Assembly: GCA_943358095.1 (NCBI GenBank)
Contig: CALRGT010000001.1
Location: forward strand, 82,842-146,841
Reading direction: 5' to 3'
DNA length: 64,000 bases
From: an uncultured Candidatus Saccharimonas sp.
GTDB lineage: Bacteria; Patescibacteriota; Saccharimonadia; Saccharimonadales; AQU-01
Below are positions 19,797-30,834 of the stretch, piece after piece (the first letter of the stretch is position 1; every line of letters starts with the position of its first letter). The position numbers and the translations under genes were made by a program. The notes under the pieces were generated by a model. It did no database searches, was not told the origin of the DNA, and worked only from the letters and a program-made list of their open reading frames with translations.

Positions 19797-20600
19797 GTGA
19801 TGATCAAAATCTACTCATGGAACGTAAATGGCATTCGTGCAGTCCACAACAAGGGCTTGTTTTTGCCATTCATAGAAAAAGAACAACCCGACATATTATG
19901 CCTACAAGAAACAAAGGCCGCACAACATCAGTCCGAAGTGGACTTACCGGAGTATGAAGAATTCTGGAACTCGGCAGACAAAAAGGGCTATAGCGGCACA
20001 GCAATTTTTACAAAAATTAAACCCTTAAATATTATTAATGGTTTACCTGCTGACATAATCAAAGCATTCGGACTAATTGCAGACGGCTATGGCGACCCAA
20101 ACAGCGAGGGCAGAGTAGTGGCGGCTGAATTCGATAAATTCTACTTAGTTACCGTCTATACACCAAACGCCAAAGACGACTTGTCGCGCATTCCACTGCG
20201 CCACGAACAATGGGACCCGGCATTTTTAGCGTACTGCCAAGAACTGGAAAAGCAAAAACCAGTAATTTTTTGTGGCGATCTAAATGTTGCTCACACAGAG
20301 GACGACCTCGCCAACCCAAAGCCAAATATCGGCAAAAGAGGCTTCACTAGCGAAGAACGCATAGGATTCGAAAATTTCACAAGGGCTGGATTTGTTGACA
20401 CATTTAGAATGTTTACAAAGGGCAACGGTCACTATAGCTGGTGGACTTATTGGGCTAAATCGCGGGAACGAAACGTTGGATGGCGTATTGATTACTTTTT
20501 AGTGTCAAAAATATTAAGCTCAAAAGTTAAAAGCGCAGCAATACATGCTGATGTTATGGGCTCTGACCACTGCCCAGTAAGCATAACGCTGGATATATAG
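19797..20600 (+). CDS. xth: Exodeoxyribonuclease III / AP endonuclease
   Basis: SWNVNGIRA, LCLQETK, CGDLNVAH, GWRIDYF, GSDHCP. Confidence 0.95.
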   Translation: MMIKIYSWNVNGIRAVHNKGLFLPFIEKEQPDILCLQETKAAQHQSEVDLPEYEEFWNSADKKGYSGTAIFTKIKPLNIINGLPADIIKAFGLIADGYGDPNSEGRVVAAEFDKFYLVTVYTPNAKDDLSRIPLRHEQWDPAFLAYCQELEKQKPVIFCGDLNVAHTEDDLANPKPNIGKRGFTSEERIGFENFTRAGFVDTFRMFTKGNGHYSWWTYWAKSRERNVGWRIDYFLVSKILSSKVKSAAIHADVMGSDHCPVSITLDI

Positions 20601-20611
20601 AAATACTTATT

Positions 20612-21406
20612 ATGGATAACAGCTACTGGCTAAAACAAAGTAACGCAGAACCGCTCTTTCCTGATTTGATATGGAGCCGACCTGAAAGCAAACAAGCTGC
20701 CGGCAAGTTACTTATCATTGGTGGTAACGCACACGGCTTCTCAGCTCCAGCCGAAGCCTACGTTATAGCTGGAAAATCTGGAATAGGATCAACGAGAGTA
20801 GTAATGCCTAATGCCCTAAAAAAACTTACAGGGGCGTTGCTAGAAAACGTCGAATACACCGCCAGCACACTTAGCGGTAGTTTTAGCAAACTAGCGCTGG
20901 ACGACTTACTTGCAAACGCCGCTTGGTCAGATGGCGTATTGTTTGCTGGTGATTTGGGCAAAAACAGCGAAACAGCAATAACTATCGAAAAATTTATCAA
21001 CAAATATAGCGGACAGGTTACTTTTACCAAGGATGCTACCGACTACTGCCTAACAGATGCAATGGCAGTCATGGCCCGACCTGAAACTTTACTAATAATG
21101 ACAATAGCGCAGCTCCAAAAACTATTTATCGCCACAAAACAAATAACCGCCATAAGTTACGATATGAATATATTGAACTTAACAGCAGCTTTAAATGTTA
21201 TAGGCGAAAAATATCCCGCCACAATAATTGTTAAACACCAAGGGCAGCTGCTGGTCAGTGGGCAAGGCTTTGTATCGTCAACTCGTACAGATCTAGATAA
21301 TGAAGATGCCTGGAGACTTCAAACAGGAACAAAAGCAGCTGTCTGGTGGCTTCAGAATCCTACCAAATCATTCGAAGCGATCACGACGAGCCTACTTGAC
21401 ACCTAG
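20612..21406 (+). CDS. YjeF C-terminal (NAD(P)HX dehydratase)-like protein, divergent
   Basis: AGKLLIIGGN N-terminal motif and AAWSDGVLFAGDLG. Confidence 0.65.
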   Translation: MDNSYWLKQSNAEPLFPDLIWSRPESKQAAGKLLIIGGNAHGFSAPAEAYVIAGKSGIGSTRVVMPNALKKLTGALLENVEYTASTLSGSFSKLALDDLLANAAWSDGVLFAGDLGKNSETAITIEKFINKYSGQVTFTKDATDYCLTDAMAVMARPETLLIMTIAQLQKLFIATKQITAISYDMNILNLTAALNVIGEKYPATIIVKHQGQLLVSGQGFVSSTRTDLDNEDAWRLQTGTKAAVWWLQNPTKSFEAITTSLLDT

Positions 21407-21691
21407 GTCTTTTGGTCTGGGATTTAACTTTACTGGCGGTAGGGCGATGGTAAAGGCCTTGAGTAAATCGAAGGGGATAGTCTCTTGCTCAGTAGGCTTC
21501 GACTCGTCATTAGGCAAGTCAGCCTCTTTGAACTCATTCTTGTGTTGAGAGTCAATATCGTCAATTTCAGGTATAACTAAAGGCTTAAATAATAAACTGC
21601 GAGGAGGAATAGAATACTTAACTGGCTTATCGTCAGGCAATAAATCTCGCCTATTACTGGCTTCCTCGTTAAATGTGTTGAATTCTGACAT
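21392..21691 (-). CDS. Hypothetical protein
   Basis: ORF only. Confidence 0.45.
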   Translation of the reverse strand: MSEFNTFNEEASNRRDLLPDDKPVKYSIPPRSLLFKPLVIPEIDDIDSQHKNEFKEADLPNDESKPTEQETIPFDLLKAFTIALPPVKLNPRPKDLGVK

Positions 21692-21780
21692 AGTCTTATA
21701 TTACCAATTACTAGCCTAGATATAATAGACTTTTGTTAAAAATAATCAGGAATTAAAAGATAATAAGATTTATAGGCAAT

Positions 21781-21867
21781 TGGTGCCGCGGGACGGACTT
21801 GAACCGTCACGAACAAAAGTTCACAGGATTTTGAGTCCGGCGTGTCTACCAATTCCACCACCGCGGC
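21781..21867 (-). tRNA. tRNA-Leu(CAA)
   Basis: Reverse complement GCCGCGGTGGTGGAATTGGTAGACACG...CTCAAAA...GGTTCAAGTCC...CACCA; one mismatch in the anticodon stem. Confidence 0.93.
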
Positions 21868-22010
21868 TCCAGCTGACTATATTATTACTAATCTGTTTGA
21901 CTATTAAAGAACAGGGTATATTGTACCATAAAAATTCACTAAATATAGTAGTGTTAGCCAAGCTAATCTTCGTAATATAGAGTATAATTTAGCTAAATAC
22001 GGAACAACAT

Positions 22011-23237
22011 ATGGAACCAGACGAAATACAACAAAACGAGAAAACTGCCGAACAAATCAGAAAACAACTGGGCAAGTTATACGGTGAAGAACCCGCTATA
22101 GAGGAAGAGATAGAAGACGTGTCGGACGAAACCGACGACCTCTCTAAGCACCAAAGGTTCGTCTATAAACTTAGTCATTCTGGTAAAAACCCAGAAGACA
22201 TAGAAGCAGCCTGGCACCAATATTACGCAGGATTGTCGGACAATGATAAACATGAGGTTTGGCGAGAGTTTCAGGAAACTTCAAATACTCAAGAATCAGT
22301 CCATAATGAATCTACCGAAATCAACTCTTCCAAACCAAGCCAGAACCACACGAGAGTAATTGACGAGCCTGTCGTAATTCCAAGAAACCAATTTATCCGC
22401 CCGACATATTACGACGAAGAACCACAACCAAAACATTCCCGAAACCGAAGCACAAAAACAGTATCAGAAATCAAAAGACAATTGATAGGGAATATTGAAT
22501 CCAGACAAAAACTAAAACCTAAACAACATTTAAAATCATTAATTTTTGGTCTTTCTGTAGGATCAATATTTGTATTATTGCTGCTTTTTGGATTCTTCAA
22601 CGAACGATTTATCGCACCCTTTATCACGCCTAGTCGTAGCGTCAGTTCAACTCCTATTATTGTCGACGATTCGGGTATAGCAATAAGCAAAGAACCAAAA
22701 ATAATAATCCCGAAAATCAATGTAGAGGCACCGGTTGTTTATGACGAGACATCCATAGAAGAGAAGGTGCTGCAGACGGCTCTACAACGAGGCACAGTGC
22801 ATTATGCCACCACACCTCTACCAGGAGAAAAGGGAAATGTCGTTATTTTTGGACACTCTAGTAGCAACCTACTAAACCAAGGAAAATATAAATACGCCTT
22901 CGTTTTATTAAGCAGAATGTCTATAGGCGATATATTTTACTTAACTAAGGACGGGCAACGTTTTAGCTATAAAATATACGAGAAAAAGATAGTTAGTCCT
23001 ACAGCTGTCGAAGTAATAGGGACAGCCAGCAAGCCTGAAACAGCAACTCTTATAACTTGCGATCCTCCAGGCTCTTCGCTTAATCGGCTAGTCATAATCG
23101 GTGAGCAAATTAGCCCAGATCCAAACCTAAATATCGCTGCCACCACCCAGACAATTACTCCCGCCAAAACAACTCTGCCAACAATACTTCCAAGTAACTC
23201 ACCAACTCTCTGGAGTCGTATAAAGAACTGGTTCTAA
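22011..23237 (+). CDS. Sortase with long cytoplasmic N-terminal extension
   Basis: GTVHY..TPLPGEKGNVVIFGHSS; TLITCDPPG...RL; AWHQYY...WREF N-domain; single TM. Confidence 0.9.
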   Translation: MEPDEIQQNEKTAEQIRKQLGKLYGEEPAIEEEIEDVSDETDDLSKHQRFVYKLSHSGKNPEDIEAAWHQYYAGLSDNDKHEVWREFQETSNTQESVHNESTEINSSKPSQNHTRVIDEPVVIPRNQFIRPTYYDEEPQPKHSRNRSTKTVSEIKRQLIGNIESRQKLKPKQHLKSLIFGLSVGSIFVLLLLFGFFNERFIAPFITPSRSVSSTPIIVDDSGIAISKEPKIIIPKINVEAPVVYDETSIEEKVLQTALQRGTVHYATTPLPGEKGNVVIFGHSSSNLLNQGKYKYAFVLLSRMSIGDIFYLTKDGQRFSYKIYEKKIVSPTAVEVIGTASKPETATLITCDPPGSSLNRLVIIGEQISPDPNLNIAATTQTITPAKTTLPTILPSNSPTLWSRIKNWF

Positions 23238-23241
23238 TAAA

Positions 23242-24717
23242 CTAGGGTAGGCGTAATTCTGTTCGTGTTAACGCAGAACCTGCAGGACTAGTAGTAGACG
23301 GCGCAATATTAAACAGGGCTGAATAATCTTTATTAAAGAACGGCCGTTGGTTGGAATTACTTGCTGACAATACTTGCTGATTAGATCCGTCAAAATCAAA
23401 TGCCATAGTTTTGCCTTCAGTCACGATTGTGAGTCTGTCGCCATCCATCCAATTAGCAGTCTGATTGGCGGTAACCGGCTGCTTTAAGTCAAAGTAGAAG
23501 TGCCTTTCCGTTTCTATATCATAGCTAGAAAATTTTACGCCATTTTGAGAAATTATATAGCGAGCAGTGTCAGAGAACGAAATTGAGTCGATTTGTTCAG
23601 CTCTTAATACCGTCAGTGGAACTAACGATTTAAGGTTAGCTTGCTTAAAAGAGTCTTGAGGATTTTTATATACATAGACACGGCCTGCAGCATTTTTTGG
23701 CCCGACAACCATATACCAATCGCCGCTATACTGAGCTAGATCTAGCTTAACTTCTGTTTTTGGATCAAAATTCTGCATCAAGTAACTACTGGTTCCGTCC
23801 CAGAGCTTTACGCTTAATGGTCCTTCGGCAAGCCCATTGTCTGTGGAGTACATAACTAGTTTTTCGCCGTGCGTCTTATAGCTCAAAACATTCTGGAGGA
23901 TTCTGTTGACCTGCTTGGTCTTAGCGTCATAAATAGCAAGGCTATGATCAGATGATCTATAAACTGTCATCTTCTCGAACCGCTTATCTACCAAATCAAT
24001 TGTAACGCCGTCTATCTGCAGCTGCTTAGAAACATTGTAAGAGCTAGCCACTGTGTCGCGGTCAATCATTATATATTCATAACTAGTCCCAAATTCGTGC
24101 TTAACCAAAAGATGCTTATTGTCGTTCGACCATTCTACTAATTTAATAGTTTGGGCGGCAGTGCTAGCGGTAAGCAATCCTGCAGGTAGAACTAGCGGAG
24201 TGGGGGTCGGTTTGTCATTATTCATATCGAACATATCGAAGTTAGTCGATGCCGCTGACGACTGGACCAACATCCATCTTTTATCCGGGCTATAAGTCAC
24301 AAAGCTTGGCGTGGTCGCATATTGCTTAATTTCACTCGTTGCAAGTTTCGTAGGAAATAGAAGGGGGTAAATAACTCTCTCAACACTTCCACCATCCAAA
24401 TTAATAATCCGCTTCCAGCTACGATAACCGACACTCCTAAGTTCGAGCAAGTACTCTCCACCAGGTATCGTCAGTTTGGTATCAGTTTTTGCCTTGATTG
24501 AAGTTCCGTTTAGGTATATATCTGCTGCAACCGGCTTGGACGACACAAATAATAGTCCGTTTTGTATGACTTGCCCAGTTTTCCTATTTAAATCATAGCC
24601 ATACGATTGGTATAGAAGAATTGTTGCGGCGGCGATAACGGCTGTTGCCACCAAAAAATAACCAACAAAAAGTCGTGTTAGATGTGCTTTTTTTTGGCTA
24701 GGGTCTTGGTAGTCCAT
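23242..24717 (-). CDS. Membrane-anchored PEGA-domain protein with probable beta-propeller
   Basis: GLLFVSSKPVAADIYLNG...GEY.LEL...GYRSW; SPD/WS.D blade motifs. Confidence 0.75.
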   Translation of the reverse strand: MDYQDPSQKKAHLTRLFVGYFLVATAVIAAATILLYQSYGYDLNRKTGQVIQNGLLFVSSKPVAADIYLNGTSIKAKTDTKLTIPGGEYLLELRSVGYRSWKRIINLDGGSVERVIYPLLFPTKLATSEIKQYATTPSFVTYSPDKRWMLVQSSAASTNFDMFDMNNDKPTPTPLVLPAGLLTASTAAQTIKLVEWSNDNKHLLVKHEFGTSYEYIMIDRDTVASSYNVSKQLQIDGVTIDLVDKRFEKMTVYRSSDHSLAIYDAKTKQVNRILQNVLSYKTHGEKLVMYSTDNGLAEGPLSVKLWDGTSSYLMQNFDPKTEVKLDLAQYSGDWYMVVGPKNAAGRVYVYKNPQDSFKQANLKSLVPLTVLRAEQIDSISFSDTARYIISQNGVKFSSYDIETERHFYFDLKQPVTANQTANWMDGDRLTIVTEGKTMAFDFDGSNQQVLSASNSNQRPFFNKDYSALFNIAPSTTSPAGSALTRTELRLP

Positions 24718-24855
24718 ATTTACTTTTGTTTTTCTGATTTTATACGCTAGTAATAGTATACAACTATTTATTTTAATATAAAGAGCTCAACTTATTCTAG
24801 TTGTAAAGATATGCGCTTAAGGTTATGATATTAAATAGATAATAATAGATACAAA

Positions 24856-25854
24856 ATGACTGACAAAAACACAATTGAGCTAAACGGTAAAATATATGAC
24901 AGTACTAGTGGTAAGGTTCTGGCGACACAACCTGCCAAAAGCAAGAAGCCTAGTCATAAAGCCAGTGCTAACGCCGGGACGGTCCACCACAAAACACAGC
25001 GTCCAAAAACATTAATGAGATCTGTTGTAAAACGACCTAGATTCACCCAAAAAAGACTTCTACCTGCAAAAACACTAAATAAATCTGGAGTTAAACCTGT
25101 TTTACCTACAAAGATAGACGAAGACAGAGTCAGCAGAGCCAAAGATGTACCCATGAGTAAACTTGTAAGTCGTTTTAACGGCTTGGCCGACAGAGCAACT
25201 CTTGTCAAGAAAACAGCTGTAATTTCCGTCAAAACAGCTCCAGCCGATAACATTAGCTTCCATAATTCTGCTCCTGTAAACATGGAATCAATCCCTAAAG
25301 ATATATTCATGGCGGCCCTCAGCCGAGCCGAAAGCCATAAAGAAAGGCCTTTACCAAAAGCCAAATTGCACCATAAAGCTGCCAAAAAATTAGGAGTCAG
25401 TAATAAAATTTTTGCAGTCAGTAGCGCTACATTCTCAGCAGTATTGCTATTTGCTTTTTTTGCCTATCAAAACATACCTAATACTGCATTCCGACTTGCA
25501 GCTTCTCGAGCGGGAGTGCAGGCATCTCTACCAAGCTATAAACCAGCTGGCTATGCTAAGAGCGGTCAAACCGAATCAGCACCAGGACAAATATCTGTAA
25601 AGTTCGCCTCTAACAGCGATAACAGGAGCTTTACAGTAACCCAGCGCGCCTCTAAATGGAATAGCTCTTCGTTACTAGAAGACTACGTTGCCATCAATCG
25701 ACGCAACTACCAATCATTGCAAATAGGCAGCAAAACTATTTATTTATATGGCGATTCCAACGCCACATGGGTCGACGGCAATACTTGGTACAAGATAGAA
25801 GGCAACTCAAACTTAAGTAGCCAGCAATTGCTCAACATCGCCAAATCAATGTAG
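24856..25854 (+). CDS. Single-pass membrane protein with DUF4367-like C-terminal domain
   Basis: LPSYKPAGY...ATWVDGNTWYKIEG...LS.QQLLNIAKSM. Confidence 0.7.
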   Translation: MTDKNTIELNGKIYDSTSGKVLATQPAKSKKPSHKASANAGTVHHKTQRPKTLMRSVVKRPRFTQKRLLPAKTLNKSGVKPVLPTKIDEDRVSRAKDVPMSKLVSRFNGLADRATLVKKTAVISVKTAPADNISFHNSAPVNMESIPKDIFMAALSRAESHKERPLPKAKLHHKAAKKLGVSNKIFAVSSATFSAVLLFAFFAYQNIPNTAFRLAASRAGVQASLPSYKPAGYAKSGQTESAPGQISVKFASNSDNRSFTVTQRASKWNSSSLLEDYVAINRRNYQSLQIGSKTIYLYGDSNATWVDGNTWYKIEGNSNLSSQQLLNIAKSM

Positions 25855-25911
25855 CCAAAACATAGAGCGCTAGTATTAGAAACTGGTCGACACTCTGTTA
25901 TAATTACTTCA

Positions 25912-27339
25912 ATGAAGATAACTCGTACCAGATTTGCGCCTAGTCCGACCGGCTTTATGCACGTTGGCGGCGTTCGCACGGCCTTGTTCGCGTGGCTAGT
26001 AGCTAAACAGGCTAACGGTAAGTTTCTGCTTAGACTTGAAGATACCGACAAGAACCGTGAAGTAGCTGGATCGGCCGAACACATCATGGAATCGCTACGA
26101 TGGCTAGGGCTAGAGTGGGACGAAGGCCCCGACATAGGCGGCTCGCACGCACCTTATCTCCAGAGTGAACGACTCGATATATATAAGCAATGGGCAGAGA
26201 AACTAATTGCTAGCGGTCGAGCATACGCTGACCCTTACACAAAAGAAGAGCTTGAGACTTTTCGTGTTGAAGCTCAAAAAAACAAACAACCCTTTTTGTA
26301 CCGTAATCATCGACCAGAAAATCCACCGGTATGGGATGGCAGCCAAGCGTTAAGATTTAAGTCAGATCCAAAAGTTTATCATTGGGAAGACGCTGTGCTG
26401 GGAGACTTATCGGCCGGAGCTGAAGCCGTTGACGACTTCATACTAATAAAATCAGACGGCTACCCAACCTATAATTTCTGTCATATTGTTGACGACGAAC
26501 TCATGGAAATAACTCACGTTATTCGGTCGCAGGAGTTTATCGCATCAGTCCCACGATTTTTAAATCTTTACGATGCCCTTGGTATTGACTGGCCGATATT
26601 TGCTACACTGCCTTATGTTATGGGTGCGGACGGCAAGAAAAAGCTAGGCAAACGCGACGGCGCAAAAGATATTCTCGACTACAGAAAAGATGGCTACCTG
26701 CCGGAAACTATGATTAATTTTCTTGCCACATTGGGCTGGAACGACGGAAGTGAACAAGAAATATTTAGCGTCAAAGAGTTGATAGAGAAATTCTCGCTAG
26801 CAAGAGTACAACGTAGTGGTGCAGCATTCGATGAGCAAAGACTGTTATGGATGAACGGTAGTCATATTAGAGGCATTAGCCTCGATGACCTGTTCGATAG
26901 AACGAAAAATTATTGGCCGGAGCAATCCAATCAAAAAAGCGCTGATTACAAAAAATCTGTTCTTGGTTTAATTCAAGAAAGGCTAAAATATTTCGCTGAA
27001 ATACCCGAGCTAACAAACTTCTTTTTCGAGGACCTACCAATTAATCTTGAGCTAATCACATCTAATAAACAGCTCAAGAAGCTAGATAACCAACAACTCA
27101 AAACTTACCTACAAAAAGCCTTAGAAGTTCTTACCGACTCTGATTTTAGCGTCAATAATTTATCCGATATTCTTAATAATCTTCTAGAAACAACAGGCGA
27201 AAAACCTGGTATATTATTTAGCTTAATAAGAATTGCTACAACTTGGGCGCCAGCATCGCCTGGACTAGCCGACACATTGTCTGTACTCGGAAAAGAAACT
27301 ACACTTCGTCGCATCAGCGCCAGCATATCTAGCATTTAG
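25912..27339 (+). CDS. gltX: Glutamate--tRNA ligase
   Basis: RTRFAPSPTG, HVGG, LRLEDTD, KLGKR. Confidence 0.97.
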   Translation: MKITRTRFAPSPTGFMHVGGVRTALFAWLVAKQANGKFLLRLEDTDKNREVAGSAEHIMESLRWLGLEWDEGPDIGGSHAPYLQSERLDIYKQWAEKLIASGRAYADPYTKEELETFRVEAQKNKQPFLYRNHRPENPPVWDGSQALRFKSDPKVYHWEDAVLGDLSAGAEAVDDFILIKSDGYPTYNFCHIVDDELMEITHVIRSQEFIASVPRFLNLYDALGIDWPIFATLPYVMGADGKKKLGKRDGAKDILDYRKDGYLPETMINFLATLGWNDGSEQEIFSVKELIEKFSLARVQRSGAAFDEQRLLWMNGSHIRGISLDDLFDRTKNYWPEQSNQKSADYKKSVLGLIQERLKYFAEIPELTNFFFEDLPINLELITSNKQLKKLDNQQLKTYLQKALEVLTDSDFSVNNLSDILNNLLETTGEKPGILFSLIRIATTWAPASPGLADTLSVLGKETTLRRISASISSI

Positions 27340-27446
27340 ATAAATCGCACAGTCTAGCAACGAGCAATAAGCGGCGTTAAGTAGTGTCCTAGTATTTAGC
27401 TTGTGCCTATAGGCAAATAAGCATTAGCACTGTTACAATGTAGTCT

Positions 27447-28793
27447 ATGGATGATATTTCTTGGCCTAAAAACAAACCAAAAACAAAAATTAAATCAAAG
27501 AAAATTCTTACTGTTAGGGGAGCGCCTATTGAGCTCGATCCTTTAGATTTAGATATCAAATCAGAAGAAGCAGTAACCGAATTACAAACAGAGATGCAAC
27601 CTCTAGAGAATAATGCAGACCCCTTAGTTATTGCCGACGCATCGCCAGCCATTGCTGAGCCAAAAACAAGAAGAATATTCTTTAAGCATACCAACATGAC
27701 CAAGAAAAAGTGGGCAATGCTAATTGTCGTGCTTATAGCGCTTATAGCGGCAGGTGTGTATGGAGGCATGAAATTATACAAACACTATACTGCATCACCT
27801 AAAACAAAAACGTCGACCACAAAAACAACCAAGCCAGTTCCACCACCAATTACAACTGGGCCATCGCCATTGACAGGCGCGGAAGTTGATTTGAGCCTAG
27901 TAGGCAGGCCTGTTACAGGCATTATGATAGAGAATAGCTTTGACGCACGTCCACAATCCGGACTAAAAGACGCCGGCATAGTTTACGAAGCTATCGCCGA
28001 GGGAGGAATAACAAGATTCTTAGCCCTTTACCAAGAGGCGCGACCTGACTACATAGGACCAGTCCGCAGCGTACGACCTTACTATCTAGACTTTTTGATG
28101 CCCTTTAACGCTTCCATCGCTCATGTTGGCGGCGCCCCACAAGCCTTGGCAGAGATCAAAACATTCGGCATACATGATCTTGACCAATTCGCTAACGGCA
28201 ACTCCTACACTAGAATCACTCAAAGATTTGCGCCCCACAATGTCTATACCAGCTTTGACAAAATGGACGCACTTAATGCCGCAAAAGGGTTTAAGTATGT
28301 TGCGTTTACATCCTTCCCAAGAAAGAAGGACGCTCCAACTACTCCAAAACCTGCAACAGCGACCACTACCGCGAGCACCGTAGCAGCAACCACACCAATA
28401 CCGATTGTAAACACAATTGACCTAGCAATATCTGGACCGGACTTTAACGCACACTACGACTACGACGCAACCACAAACACCTATAAACGTAGCGAGGGTG
28501 GCGCTAAACATATTGACGAAAAATCGAGTATTCAACTAGCTCCGAAGGTGGTAGTCGCTTTGGTAATGCAGAGGGGGATTGCTACCGACGGTCAACACAC
28601 CGACTACTCAACTACTGGTAGCGGCCGTATGTTTGTGTTTCAAGACGGCACCATTACAGAGGGCACTTGGACGAAATCCGACAGAACGACTCAGTTCGTA
28701 TTTACAAATGCAGCTGGTCAACCACTCAATCTTAATGCCGGTCAAACATGGATCACTTTAGTAGATAAAACTACGAATGTAACCTATAAATAA
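27447..28793 (+). CDS. DUF3048-domain membrane protein
   Basis: MIEN...ARPQSGL..A.IVYE...EGGITRF; IGPVRS.R; APHNVY. Confidence 0.88.
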   Translation: MDDISWPKNKPKTKIKSKKILTVRGAPIELDPLDLDIKSEEAVTELQTEMQPLENNADPLVIADASPAIAEPKTRRIFFKHTNMTKKKWAMLIVVLIALIAAGVYGGMKLYKHYTASPKTKTSTTKTTKPVPPPITTGPSPLTGAEVDLSLVGRPVTGIMIENSFDARPQSGLKDAGIVYEAIAEGGITRFLALYQEARPDYIGPVRSVRPYYLDFLMPFNASIAHVGGAPQALAEIKTFGIHDLDQFANGNSYTRITQRFAPHNVYTSFDKMDALNAAKGFKYVAFTSFPRKKDAPTTPKPATATTTASTVAATTPIPIVNTIDLAISGPDFNAHYDYDATTNTYKRSEGGAKHIDEKSSIQLAPKVVVALVMQRGIATDGQHTDYSTTGSGRMFVFQDGTITEGTWTKSDRTTQFVFTNAAGQPLNLNAGQTWITLVDKTTNVTYK

Positions 28794-28801
28794 GCAACAA
28801 A

Positions 28802-30328
28802 ATGAAGTACTTTAAAAGTTTTAAGCGTGGGGTTCAGCTACACTTAGGACTGATTTTACTGATCAATAATCTTTTACTTGTAGCTATATATATAGTTGGG
28901 GCGCAGCTATTAGATCTGCCGTCTTCGATGCTAGCTATTATCCTTGCAGCTACCGCACTATTGTCGATGTTAATAATCACATTTGTATCGACAAACTATC
29001 TTAGTAAACCTATGGATACAATTGGCCGTGCTGTTAACTATGTTTCTCCAGACAAATCTGACTATGCCGCACCAGTTCTTGATGATCTAAGATTAGGGCG
29101 AGAGCTAGTCGCAGAACTTAGCAGGGAAGTTTACTCCATTGCAAGTAGCGTAAAAAACAGTCCCTTAATTAGTTCGGCACCAAACGAAAACGTGTTGATG
29201 AATAGTTTATCAATCCCGATAATTATGATGGATAAATCTCAGAAGATTACATTTATAAATACCGCAGCAAGTAATTTTATTGGCAAGGCAGCTACAGAAA
29301 TAATTAATAAAAATATGTATGACGTTTTTGATTTTTCATTTTCTAGTGACGACACATATGATTCCTGGCTGAATCAAACGCGGACGAACAGCGCTGTGGC
29401 TAGCAAATCATGGAGCCACGTAAGACTGCCATTAGCTGACCCGACAGGGCTCAAACAAATAGACATGACCGCTAGCTATAGTCTTGACAGTGCAACAGGC
29501 ACAGAAGTTACACTGACCTTATACGATAGGACACTAGACTATAGCAAGGATGATGCATCGATAAGTTTTGTGGCAATCGCCGTTCATGAGCTACGCAACC
29601 CAGTAACTCTACTTCGTGGTTATATAGACGTATTCGAAGAAGAACTTTCTGGCAAACTAAATGTTGAACTGGCTGACTTTATGATAAAAATGCAGGTAGC
29701 AGCTGGGCAATTATCGACATTCATAAATAATATCCTAAATGTGTCGCGCGTAGAAAACGATAAATTATCTTTAGAACTTAGTGAGCAAAAATGGCCAGAC
29801 ATAATACAGGGCGCGATTAATGGCATCAGTATGCGTGCAAAAGTACACAACAAGATTATTGAATTTGTAGCGCCTACTAATCTTCCGACAGTAGGGGTGG
29901 ATAGCGTTAGTATCTATGAGGTTCTAAGCAACCTGCTTGATAACGCAATAAAATATAGTGGCGACAACGCTGGCAAAATAGTGGTCAGCACGTTATTAAC
30001 CAAGGACGGTCTAGTTGAAACAAAGATTCAAGATTTTGGTGTAGGTATTTCGTCGAATGTTTTACCAAAACTCTTTGAGAAATTTTACCGCAACCATCGC
30101 ACACAAACTTCGGTCGGCGGGACAGGACTAGGACTATTTCTTAGCAAAGCAATAGTTAACGCTCATGGCGGCAACATCTGGGTAGACTCCAAGGAAGGTC
30201 AGGGATCGACATTTGGTTTCACAGTACTGCCGTATGTTATGGTTGCAAATAAATTAAAGCCCGGCAATGATGGCATAACCCGTAATGCACATGGGTGGAT
30301 CAAAAATCACTCACTTTATAGGCGATAG
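28802..30328 (+). CDS. Membrane PAS-domain sensor histidine kinase
   Basis: HELRNP, NLLDNAIKYS, D.G.G, GGTGLGL; two N-terminal TMs. Confidence 0.93.
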   Translation: MKYFKSFKRGVQLHLGLILLINNLLLVAIYIVGAQLLDLPSSMLAIILAATALLSMLIITFVSTNYLSKPMDTIGRAVNYVSPDKSDYAAPVLDDLRLGRELVAELSREVYSIASSVKNSPLISSAPNENVLMNSLSIPIIMMDKSQKITFINTAASNFIGKAATEIINKNMYDVFDFSFSSDDTYDSWLNQTRTNSAVASKSWSHVRLPLADPTGLKQIDMTASYSLDSATGTEVTLTLYDRTLDYSKDDASISFVAIAVHELRNPVTLLRGYIDVFEEELSGKLNVELADFMIKMQVAAGQLSTFINNILNVSRVENDKLSLELSEQKWPDIIQGAINGISMRAKVHNKIIEFVAPTNLPTVGVDSVSIYEVLSNLLDNAIKYSGDNAGKIVVSTLLTKDGLVETKIQDFGVGISSNVLPKLFEKFYRNHRTQTSVGGTGLGLFLSKAIVNAHGGNIWVDSKEGQGSTFGFTVLPYVMVANKLKPGNDGITRNAHGWIKNHSLYRR

Positions 30329-30343
30329 ACAACTTATGAATGA

Positions 30344-30763
30344 ATGCTTAAATCTGCTAAAATACCTCTAATGGATACAGCTACCGATAACACCAAAACT
30401 GTACGCAAAGTCCTCTGCGTTGAAGACGAATTCTTTATTAGCGAGCTATACTCGCGCGCCCTTACAAGAGGAGGTTACCAAGTTGAAGTCGTGACAGATG
30501 GACTAAAGGGACTAGCTATGGCTATGACCAACGACTACGACATAATCTTGCTCGATATTATGGTGCCGAACATGACTGGCATAGACATACTCAGACATCT
30601 TAGAGAAGAAAAGGCCGATTTGCGGGCGAAAATTATTATCACGACGAATTTAGACCAGGGTAAAGAGAACCGCACAGATATAGAGAAACACGCTGACGGA
30701 TACATAATCAAAGCCGAGATCACTCCAAGGCAACTTGTTGAATTTTTAGATAACATCAAGTAG
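30344..30763 (+). CDS. Single-domain response regulator
   Basis: VLCVEDE, ILLDIMVP, YIIKA; no output domain. Confidence 0.92.
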   Translation: MLKSAKIPLMDTATDNTKTVRKVLCVEDEFFISELYSRALTRGGYQVEVVTDGLKGLAMAMTNDYDIILLDIMVPNMTGIDILRHLREEKADLRAKIIITTNLDQGKENRTDIEKHADGYIIKAEITPRQLVEFLDNIK

Positions 30764-30772
30764 ATTATTTTT

Positions 30773-30795
30773 GTCCCCTGAAGGGGACTTTTTTT
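30773..30795 (+). terminator. Rho-independent terminator
   Basis: GTCCCC-TGAA-GGGGAC-TTTTTTT. Confidence 0.85.
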
Positions 30796-30834
30796 ATGCC
30801 ACTTTTGTCTCGGCAAAAGATGGCGCAAAACCGA

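Noticed and set aside
21780..21980. 66-aa ORF MVPRDGLEPSR...
   Set aside because: Antisense reading of tRNA-Leu
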